DNA of 22,628 bases from a virus (taxonomy: Duplodnaviria; Heunggongvirae; Uroviricota; Caudoviricetes): the IMG/VR virus record IMGVR_UViG_2861043448_000001. One strand, given 5' to 3'. The notes beneath the pieces are model-generated. The model worked only from the letters and a program-made list of their open reading frames with translations, had not been told where the DNA came from and searched no databases. Both the position numbers and the translations under genes were made by a program. Shown here one piece after another: positions 15,524 through 22,628 of the stretch (position 1 is its first letter; each line of letters begins with the position of its first letter).

Positions 15524-15551
15524 TTGATTTTTCCGGAATCTGTGGTAAATT
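15524..15551 (+). promoter_or_regulatory. late promoter PR'-like (-35 TTGATT, 16-bp spacer, extended -10 TGgTAAATT)
   Basis: Hexamers read directly; the -10 TAAATT is identical to lambda PR' as recalled; positioned right after Q. Confidence 0.55.
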
Positions 15552-15598
15552 CGTCATAACGATGGGCGTTTTATGCCTGACGTTAGAAGAGTTTCTAC

Positions 15599-15625
15599 AA
15601 CCCGCCGCCGAGCGGGTTTTTTATT
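15599..15625 (+). terminator. tR'-like intrinsic terminator
   Basis: CCCGC-cgccga-GCGGG hairpin followed by TTTTTTATT, about 50 nt downstream of the predicted PR' start. Confidence 0.55.
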
Positions 15626-15661
15626 GCGGAATTAATTATGGACCGTTATTATTCTGCTCCC

Positions 15662-15737
15662 GGCCCTTTAGCTCAGTGGTGAGAGCGAGCGACTCATAAT
15701 CGACAGGTCGCTGGGTCAAATCCAGCAAGGGCCACCA
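15662..15737 (+). tRNA. tRNA with CAU anticodon (Ile2/Met type, ileX-like)
   Basis: Cloverleaf read by eye: acceptor GGCCCTT/AAGGGCC, anticodon loop CUCAUAA, T-arm GCUGG-GUCAAAU-CCAGC, 3' ACCA. Close to E. coli ileX as recalled. Confidence 0.85.
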
Positions 15738-15738
15738 A

Positions 15739-15815
15739 CCGTCACCAGTTCATCAGGAAAGAGCGTCAACCCTTTAAGTTGAGTGTGCGAGGTTCGAGTC
15801 CCCGGTGGCGGTCCA
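15739..15815 (+). tRNA. atypical tRNA-like gene (anticodon loop CCUUUAA; identity uncertain, possibly degenerate)
   Basis: 77 nt with acceptor, D, anticodon and T arms, but C at positions 8 and 33 and an A-C mismatch in the T-stem. Confidence 0.4.
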
Positions 15816-15817
15816 GT

Positions 15818-15893
<76 letters not shown>

Positions 15894-15896
15894 TAT

Positions 15897-15971
<75 letters not shown>

Positions 15972-16178
15972 GTTAGAGTCTTTCAGTCTGCGATGATGGG
16001 AAATCCCGGAGTGACTGAAAGACGTTTAAGTTATGAATGATCGCTTTTTTTTGCAAAATTGCTGTGCAGAAATACTAACCTTCGGGCAGGCGATCATTCA
16101 TAAGCACTCTGCTTTTATTCCGATTAACTGTGGGTGGTTTGTTGGATAGAGTGCTTTCCTTACTGTATATATTGTTTC

Positions 16179-16203
16179 GCCCGCTTTTGCGGGCTTTTCT
16201 TTT
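16179..16203 (+). terminator. intrinsic terminator upstream of the holin start
   Basis: GCCCGC-tttt-GCGGGC followed by TTTTCTTTT. Confidence 0.55.
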
Positions 16204-16263
16204 CAAATCCCTTTCATTTCTCAGTGTAAAACTACGCCATCCGTTATTTGCGGAGGTGAGGCT

Positions 16264-18426
16264 ATGAAATCCATGGACAAAATTTCAACGGGCATTGCCT
16301 ATGGCACCTCCGCAGGCAGTGCTGGCTACTGGTTTTTACAGCTGCTCGATAAAGTCACGCCCTCACAGTGGGCAGCAATAGGTGTGCTGGGTATCCGCAC
16401 CGGCGGGCGCGTGCTGGCGGTAAACAGCCAGACCCGGACGCTGACGCTCGACCGTGAAATCACGCTGCCATCTTCCGGCACCACGCTGATAAGCCTGGTT
16501 GACGGGCAGGGGAGTCCGGTCAGCGTGGAGGTTCAGTCCGTCACCGACGGCGTGAAGGTGAAAGTGAGCCGTGTTCCTGACGGCGTTGCTGAATACAGCG
16601 TATGGGGGCTGAAGCTGCCGACGCTGCGCCAGCGCCTGTTCCGCTGCGTGAGTATCCGTGAGAACGACGACGGCACGTATGCCATCACCGCCGTGCAGCA
16701 TGTACCGGAAAAAGAGGCCATCGTGGATAACGGGGCGCACTTTGACGGCGACCAGAGCGGCACGGTAAATGGTGTCACGCCGCCAGCGGTGCAGCACCTG
16801 ACCGCAGAAGTCACCGCAGACAGCGGGGAATACCAGGTGCTGGCCCGCTGGGACACGCCGAAGGTGGTGAAGGGCGTGAGCTTCCTGCTTCGCCTGACCG
16901 TGGCAGCGGATGACGGCCGTGAGCGGCTGGTCAGCACGGCCCGGACGACGGAAACCACTTACCGCTTCACACAACTGGCTCTGGGGAACTACAGGCTGAC
17001 AGTCCGGGCAGTAAATGCGCGGGGGCAGCAGGGCGATCCGGCGTCGGTATCGTTCCGGATTGCCGCACCGGCAGCGCCGTCGCGGATTGAGCTGACGCCG
17101 GGCTATTTTCAGATAACCGCCACGCCGCATCTTGCGGTTTATGACCCGACGGTACAGTTTGAGTTCTGGTTCTCGGAAAAACGGATTGCGGATATCAGGC
17201 AGGTTGAAACCAGCGCGCGTTATCTTGGTACGGCACTGTACTGGATAGCCGCCAGTATCAATATCAAACCGGGCCATGATTATTATTTTTACGTTCGCAG
17301 TGTGAACACCGTTGGCAAATCGGCATTCGTGGAGGCTGTCGGTCAGCCGAGTGATGATGCATCAGGCTATCTGGATTTTTTCAAAGGCGAGATAGGGAAA
17401 ACCCATCTGGCTCAGGAGCTGTGGACGCAGATTGATAACGGTCAGCTTGCGCCTGACCTGACTGAAATCAGGACGTCCATAACGGATGTCAGCAATGAAA
17501 TAACACAGACCGTCAATAAGAAACTGGAAGACCAGAGTGCAGCGATCCAGCAGATACAGAAGGTTCAGGTTGATACAAATAATAACCTGAACAGCATGTG
17601 GGCAGTGAAGCTGCAGCAGATGCAGGACGGACGCCTTTATATTGCGGGTATCGGTGCCGGTATTGAGAACACCCCTGACGGCATGCAGAGTCAGGTGCTG
17701 CTGGCAGCAGACAGGATTGCGATGATTAATCCTGCGAATGGCAACACAAAGCCGATGTTTGTTGGTCAGGGCGATCAGATATTCATGAATGAAGTGTTCC
17801 TGAAACGCCTGACGGCCCCCACCATTACCAGCGGCGGTAATCCTCCGGCATTTTCCCTGACATCAGACGGGAGACTGACGGCGAAAAATGCGGATATCAG
17901 TGGCAGTGTGAATGCGAACTCAGGAACGCTCAACAATGTCACGATTAACCAGAACTGTACGATTAAGGGCATGCTGGAGGCGACCCAGGTCAGAGGAGAT
18001 TTCGTTAAAGCTGTATCAAAAGCCTTCCCGAAAAAAGTCGGTACGTGGGGTAACACGGAAACACCAAACGGTACGGTTACAGTAACCATCAGCGATGATC
18101 ATAACTTTGACCGCCAGATTATTATTCCGCCCATTATTTTTAACGGTATAGCGTATGACGATCCGGGGAGCGGAAATAACCCAGGAGGCACGCGATACAC
18201 GGGTTATGGTTTTGAAGTTCGCAAAAACGGCGTATTAATCGCATCCAGAGAAACTAAAGGGGCCATTCCCGGTAGTTACAGTGCAGTTATTGATATGCCG
18301 AGTGGCAGGGGAAGCGTCACTCTGGAGTTTAAGATTTTCCAGAAAGGCAATCAGGGGGCAGGCAATATCACCGACTGTACGGTGATTGTGACCAAAAAAG
18401 CGGCTTCCGGCATCAGTATTCGTTGA
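16264..18426 (+). CDS. chimeric ORF: class II (phage 21 S-type) holin N-terminus (43 aa) fused in frame to the C-terminal about 677 aa of tail tip host-specificity protein J
   Basis: Residues 1-43 ([26 protein letters not shown]...AAIGVLG) match the phage 21 pinholin N-terminus as recalled; from residue 44 ([20 protein letters not shown]...) to the end the protein is collinear with lambda J from about residue 455. Strong SD (GGAGGTGAGG). Junction at about nt 16392/16393. Confidence 0.8.
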   Translation: MKSMDKISTGIAYGTSAGSAGYWFLQLLDKVTPSQWAAIGVLGIRTGGRVLAVNSQTRTLTLDREITLPSSGTTLISLVDGQGSPVSVEVQSVTDGVKVKVSRVPDGVAEYSVWGLKLPTLRQRLFRCVSIRENDDGTYAITAVQHVPEKEAIVDNGAHFDGDQSGTVNGVTPPAVQHLTAEVTADSGEYQVLARWDTPKVVKGVSFLLRLTVAADDGRERLVSTARTTETTYRFTQLALGNYRLTVRAVNARGQQGDPASVSFRIAAPAAPSRIELTPGYFQITATPHLAVYDPTVQFEFWFSEKRIADIRQVETSARYLGTALYWIAASINIKPGHDYYFYVRSVNTVGKSAFVEAVGQPSDDASGYLDFFKGEIGKTHLAQELWTQIDNGQLAPDLTEIRTSITDVSNEITQTVNKKLEDQSAAIQQIQKVQVDTNNNLNSMWAVKLQQMQDGRLYIAGIGAGIENTPDGMQSQVLLAADRIAMINPANGNTKPMFVGQGDQIFMNEVFLKRLTAPTITSGGNPPAFSLTSDGRLTAKNADISGSVNANSGTLNNVTINQNCTIKGMLEATQVRGDFVKAVSKAFPKKVGTWGNTETPNGTVTVTISDDHNFDRQIIIPPIIFNGIAYDDPGSGNNPGGTRYTGYGFEVRKNGVLIASRETKGAIPGSYSAVIDMPSGRGSVTLEFKIFQKGNQGAGNITDCTVIVTKKAASGISIR

Positions 18427-18448
18427 AATATTTATAACCCCAATAAAG

Positions 18449-18475
18449 GGCGTCAGGAATGACGCCTTTTTTATT
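18449..18475 (+). terminator. intrinsic terminator after the J fragment
   Basis: GGCGTCA-ggaa-TGACGCC followed by TTTTTTATT. Confidence 0.6.
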
Positions 18476-18496
18476 GCAGAAAAGCGAGAGGTAATT

Positions 18497-18892
18497 ATGC
18501 GTAAAGTTTGTGCAGCAATTTTGTCCGCAGCCATTTGTCTGGCCGTATCCGGTGCGCCTGCATGGGCGTCTGAACATCAGTCCACGCTGAGCGCGGGGTA
18601 TCTTCATGCCCGGACCAACGTTCCCGGCAGTGATGATCTGAACGGGATTAACGTGAAATATCGTTATGAGTTTACGGATACGCTGGGGCTGGTGACGTCA
18701 TTCAGCTATGCAGGAGACAAGAATCGCCAGCTGACCCGTTACAGCGATACCCGCTGGCATGAAGATTCCGTGCGTAACCGCTGGTTCAGCGTGATGGCGG
18801 GGCCGTCTGTGCGCGTGAATGAATGGTTCAGCGCGTATGCGATGGTACTGGTGGAAGAACTATCGAGCAAGCACGTGCGAACTTGCGGGTAA
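18497..18892 (+). pseudogene. lom: truncated lom (Lom/Ail outer-membrane protein, N-terminal about 115 aa)
   Basis: Signal peptide plus ...GINVKYRYEFTD...RWFSVMAGPSVRVNEWFSAYAM... matches lambda Lom; similarity ends at about nt 18845 and the frame runs into unrelated sequence before a stop. Confidence 0.7.
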
Positions 18893-20655
18893 TGTATGAG
18901 CAAAAAGCTGGCCTTGCTAATACTGACCTAAACACCCTTACCGGTGAATATTCTGGTTTCTATCAACAACCAACGAGCGCTTACGCAACAGAAGAGTTAA
19001 ATTACCCAATCGGTCTGGCGGGCGCTTTAATAGTGCTCCAAACGAGAGCCAACACTGCTTCTTCCTGCGTTCAGGTGTACCACCCTTATAATAATCCGGG
19101 AATTACTTATAGACGAATATATGAAGGAGGTAGCGGTACCTGGTCTGAATGGAAGAGAGATGTATCAACAGAAAGGGTTGAAGAGGGAAAAGAAACAACT
19201 TACGTATATTCTACGTATTCTTCAGGCGCACCACGCTTACAGGTTTCCAAATCTGGTTTGTGGGGTTGTCATAATGGCACTGGCTGGTTGCCATTAGCTG
19301 TTGGGCAAGGAGGTACAGGTGCGACAACAGTAGAAGATGCGCGAAACAACTTAAGTCTTGGCGAAAGTAGCGCAGTTAAATTTAAAAACCTTACTTTAAC
19401 CGAAGCGCTCGACACGACATTAGGACTGCTTACAAAAACAGGACGAGACTGGAACACGCAGCATACTGATAACATTAATAAATTTATACCAATTGCAGGC
19501 AGTACAAACGGCCCGGCAGGCTCTATGGTTCTTGGCGGCATTCATGTTCAATTTAGTAAAAATTATGCTGTGCAGTTCGGAGGCCGCAATTCCGGTTTTT
19601 GGGGAAGAACAATTGAAAATGGAACGACACAGGAATGGAAGAAATTACTAACAGTAGACGATCTCAATTCATCTACCGATCTTGCTGTCAGGTCATTAAC
19701 CACATCTAACCCGGTAAAATCTGGCGGAGGGCGAATTGATGTCCTTGGAAGCACGTCAGACTATAGCAAAATGGATTGCTTTGTACGTGGGTTTGATAGC
19801 ACCGGTAATTCTCTCGTGTGGGCGTTGGGTTCATCAGTCGGCGTAAGTAAGATGCTATCGCTAAAAAATTTCTTTAGCGGAGCTGAGATACTGTTAAATG
19901 GTAATGACGGCGCGGTTCAACTCAAAACAGGTGCTGTTAACGGGGCTACAGCGCAGACGCTCACTATCAACAAGAATGAGGTTAACTCAACCGTTGATTT
20001 AACCCTTACAAAGCAATCAGGGACTGGTAATCGTTTTGTTTTACAGAACTCAGGTAATGCAGAACTACCGTTTTCTGTCAGGGTGTGGGGTTCCAGTACT
20101 CGACAAAACGTTTTTGAGGTTGGAACGTCTGCTGCGTATCTGTTTTATGCGCAAAAAACGTCAGCAGGCCAGTTGTTTGATGTAAATGGCGCTATTAATT
20201 GCACAACGCTGAATCAGTCATCAGACCGCGACCTTAAAGACGATATTCTCGTTATCAGCGACGCGACGAAAGCAATCCGTAAAATGAACGGATACACCTA
20301 CACGCTCAAGGAAAACGGGATGCCTTATGCTGGCGTTATTGCACAGGAAGTAATGGAGGCGATACCAGAAGCTGTGGGATCGTTTACTCATTATGGTGAA
20401 GAGTTGCAAGGTCCGACCGTTGACGGCAACGAGCTACGCGAAGAAACTCGCTATCTTAATGTTGACTACTCCGCCGTGACGGGTTTACTTGTTCAGGTCG
20501 CCCGTGAAACAGATGATCGCGTTACCGCGCTGGAAGAGGAAAACACAACGCTACGTCAAAATCTGGCAACAGCAGGCACCCGGATCAGCACTCTGGAAAA
20601 TCAGGTAAGCGAACTGGTTGCACTTGTCCGGCAGTTAACAGGAAGCGAACATTGA
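18823..20655 (+). CDS. tail fibre protein (probably 5'-truncated) with C-terminal intramolecular chaperone (peptidase S74-like) domain
   Basis: Tail-fibre motif GQGGTGATTVEDARNNLSLG; C-terminal SDRDLKDDILVIS...NGYTYTLKENG...DYSAVTGLLVQVARE resembles autoproteolytic chaperone domains of tailspikes. The N-terminus starts inside lom in another frame; ATG 18892 is an alternative internal start. Confidence 0.7.
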   Translation: MVQRVCDGTGGRTIEQARANLRVMYEQKAGLANTDLNTLTGEYSGFYQQPTSAYATEELNYPIGLAGALIVLQTRANTASSCVQVYHPYNNPGITYRRIYEGGSGTWSEWKRDVSTERVEEGKETTYVYSTYSSGAPRLQVSKSGLWGCHNGTGWLPLAVGQGGTGATTVEDARNNLSLGESSAVKFKNLTLTEALDTTLGLLTKTGRDWNTQHTDNINKFIPIAGSTNGPAGSMVLGGIHVQFSKNYAVQFGGRNSGFWGRTIENGTTQEWKKLLTVDDLNSSTDLAVRSLTTSNPVKSGGGRIDVLGSTSDYSKMDCFVRGFDSTGNSLVWALGSSVGVSKMLSLKNFFSGAEILLNGNDGAVQLKTGAVNGATAQTLTINKNEVNSTVDLTLTKQSGTGNRFVLQNSGNAELPFSVRVWGSSTRQNVFEVGTSAAYLFYAQKTSAGQLFDVNGAINCTTLNQSSDRDLKDDILVISDATKAIRKMNGYTYTLKENGMPYAGVIAQEVMEAIPEAVGSFTHYGEELQGPTVDGNELREETRYLNVDYSAVTGLLVQVARETDDRVTALEEENTTLRQNLATAGTRISTLENQVSELVALVRQLTGSEH

Positions 20656-20838
20656 TATCCTTCAAGCCCTGAAGGAGGCTGTTCCTGGTACGTTCAGACT
20701 GTTGTTGAGCTGGAAATCGCAACGGAGGAAGAAACTTCGTTGCTGGAAGTCTGGAAGAAGTATCGGGTGTTGCTGAACCGTGTTAATACAACAACTGCAC
20801 CGGATATTGAATGGCCAGTAGCACCTATAGGGTAAATT
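20656..20838 (+). pseudogene. tail fibre assembly (tfa) 3' fragment, no start codon
   Basis: Frame directly after the fibre stop encodes ...[37 protein letters not shown], resembling Tfa C-termini as recalled. Confidence 0.5.
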
Positions 20839-20881
20839 CGTAATGATTACCTAAATACGTTATTCTGGTAATGACTCCAAC

Positions 20882-21385
20882 TTACTGATAGTGTTTTATG
20901 TTCAGATAATGCCCGATGACCTTGTCATGCAGCTCCACCGATTTTGAGAACGACAGTGACTTCCGTCCCAGCCTTGCCAGATGTTGTCTCAGATTCAGGT
21001 TATGCCGCTCAATTCGCTGAGTGTAACGCTTGCTGATTACGTGCAGCTTTCCCTTCAGGCGGGATTCATACAGCGGCCAGCCATCCGTCATCCATACCAC
21101 GACCTCAAAGGCCGACAGCAGGCTTAGAAGACGCTCCAGTGTGGCCAGAGTGCGTTCACCGAATACGTGCGCAACAACCGTCTTCCGGAGCCTGTCATAC
21201 GCGTAAAACAGCCAGCGCTGGCGCGATTTAGCCCCGACGTATCCCCACTGTTCGTCCATTTCCGCGCAGACGATGACGTCACTGCCCGGCTGTATGCGCG
21301 AGGTTACCGACTGCGGCCTGAGTTTTTTAAATGGCGGAAAATCGTGTTGAGGCCAACGCCCATAATGCGGGCGGTTGCCCGGCAT
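20882..21385 (-). CDS. insB: IS1 transposase InsB (expressed as InsAB' by frameshift)
   Basis: 167-aa ORF overlapping insA in the -1 frame; sequence matches IS1 InsB. Confidence 0.9.
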   Translation of the reverse strand: MPGNRPHYGRWPQHDFPPFKKLRPQSVTSRIQPGSDVIVCAEMDEQWGYVGAKSRQRWLFYAYDRLRKTVVAHVFGERTLATLERLLSLLSAFEVVVWMTDGWPLYESRLKGKLHVISKRYTQRIERHNLNLRQHLARLGRKSLSFSKSVELHDKVIGHYLNIKHYQ

Positions 21386-21579
21386 CCAACGCCATTCATG
21401 GCCATATCAATGATTTTCTGGTGCGTACCGGGTTGAGAAGCGGTGTAAGTGAACTGCAGTTGCCATGTTTTACGGCAGTGAGAGCAGAGATAGCGCTGAT
21501 GTCCGGCGGTGCTTTTGCCGTTACGCACCACCCCGTCAGTAGCTGAACAGGAGGGACAGCTGATAGAAACAGAAGCCAC
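21304..21579 (-). CDS. insA: IS1 protein InsA
   Basis: 91-aa [46 protein letters not shown]... matches IS1 InsA. Confidence 0.9.
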   Translation of the reverse strand: MASVSISCPSCSATDGVVRNGKSTAGHQRYLCSHCRKTWQLQFTYTASQPGTHQKIIDMAMNGVGCRATARIMGVGLNTIFRHLKNSGRSR

Positions 21580-22184
21580 TGGAGCACCTCAAAAACACCA
21601 TCATACACTAAATCAGTAAGTTGGCAGCATCACCGTTATTCTTTTGTTCAAAAAGTGATTTTGCTATAGGTAGGGAGTATGTTCTTGGATTAAGAATAAA
21701 AATCGCCATGAAAGAGCTTCATGGCGAGTACATAAACGTACAAAATATGATGAAAGTAGAGTGGCGTAAGCCACTATATTAAGATATGACAATAGCGAAG
21801 AAAAGTAAATAACATTTTATGGGCGTTTAATTGTTAATTATAAAAACTAGAGTGCCCGATATTGTTTATCTTGCTTTAAAATAATGTACTCAAACCAAAT
21901 TTTTGAGCTAAAAGCTCAAATAATATAAATGCAATGATAATGTTTAATAAGACAATTAGCTTGCTTTGTATTTTCATTTCGGAATACTGTTAAGTAACTT
22001 TGATGACACTAACAATAGATCGGAATTTTCTTAGAGTCAATGGTCACTGTTTTTGCTTGCAAAGCAAATGTTTTTGGTGGTTATAAGTTTTCTTAATATA
22101 GTCACCTATGCAACTTGTTCCGTGTGGAGATTAAAGGTTAAAATTTAATGCGAAGATGGAATTATAATATATTTTTTTATAATT

Positions 22185-22289
22185 AATTTAACCTTAACAT
22201 CGTTGCTGGCGGCATGGAAGAAATATCGGGTCTTGCTGATGTCGTGTTGGCACTTCCTTAGTGCGGTTATCGAATGGCCAGCTGTACCT
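22185..22289 (+). pseudogene. second, more diverged tfa 3' remnant
   Basis: Encodes ...[31 protein letters not shown]; DNA is similar to 20740-20838 at both ends; no start codon. Confidence 0.35.
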
Positions 22290-22430
22290 GTGGGGTAAAA
22301 ACTTTATATGGGTGCTATTTTTATAATAGCTGGTAAAAACTGGCCGAACTGAAATTCACTGTTGATAAAAAAGATGTGTTTGAGTGTATGTCATTGTTTT
22401 CTTAACGGAATCCACTAGAATGCAGCGAAT

Positions 22431-22628
22431 TTAAGAAGGTGGGTTTTTATTGGAATATAAACTACAATAATGCTCAACTCGTTCGTAGAATTGTTTTTTC
22501 TTATTTTTTGGAATGCTAACCATTATATGCATTATGGGGGCGATACTTCCTGATAATTTACATGATGCATACATTGAAGCAATAAATTCAATATCATTGT
22601 CATCAAAGTTAAAGCTTTCTCCGTCCAT
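22431..22628 (-). CDS. hypothetical small protein (65 aa; ATG at the window edge, may be partial)
   Basis: AT-rich ORF MDGESFNFDDNDIEFIASMY... whose first codon coincides with the last three bases of the window, so the real start may lie beyond it. Confidence 0.35.
   Translation of the reverse strand: MDGESFNFDDNDIEFIASMYASCKLSGSIAPIMHIMVSIPKNKKKQFYERVEHYCSLYSNKNPPS

Larger units (their letters stand above)
20866..21633 (-). mobile_element. IS1: IS1 insertion sequence (complete, about 768 bp) flanked by an approximately 9-bp target-site duplication
   Basis: Terminal inverted repeats GGTAATGACTCCAACTTACTGAT (about 20865) and GGTGATGCTGCCAACTTACTGAT (reverse complement, ending 21633); contains insA and insB; flanks cgttattct(g) and gttattctt. 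Boundaries may be off by 1 nt. Confidence 0.9.

Noticed and set aside
16363-17277. 304-aa and 141-aa minus-strand ORFs (16363..17277, 16533..16958) inside the J-derived region
   Set aside because: They lie antisense to a well-supported coding region with clear J homology; long antisense ORFs are expected by chance in GC-rich coding DNA, and they have no RBS or domain support.

Overview
The window is almost entirely a defective lambdoid prophage of an enterobacterial host. All calls come from reading the sequence and ORF translations by eye against remembered protein families; no search or RNA-folding tool was run. Left to right: an integration module on the minus strand (tyrosine integrase, Xis-like excisionase), a large 823-aa exonuclease, two translationally coupled small leftward genes, an operator-like palindrome cluster, and a rightward replication gene with iteron-like repeats. 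Next comes a cargo island (about 6.3-11.6 kb, partly AT-rich) holding a GIY-YIG-domain protein, a 449-aa protein with no recognisable domain, a 200-aa catalytic-domain-only tyrosine recombinase whose ribosome-binding site sits inside a perfect 12-bp stem, and a protein with a C-terminal Mrr-like nuclease motif. This island is the best candidate for an undescribed defence or phase-variable module. It is followed by a hok/mok type I toxin locus, nin-region-like genes (Rem-like, HNH-motif protein, RusA, Q), a PR'-like promoter and tR'-like terminator, and four tandem tRNA-like genes. The late region is heavily deleted: a phage-21-type holin N-terminus is fused in frame to the C-terminal part of tail tip protein J, followed by a truncated lom, a tail fibre with a C-terminal intramolecular-chaperone domain, tfa remnants, an intact IS1 with target-site duplication, and an AT-rich right flank.
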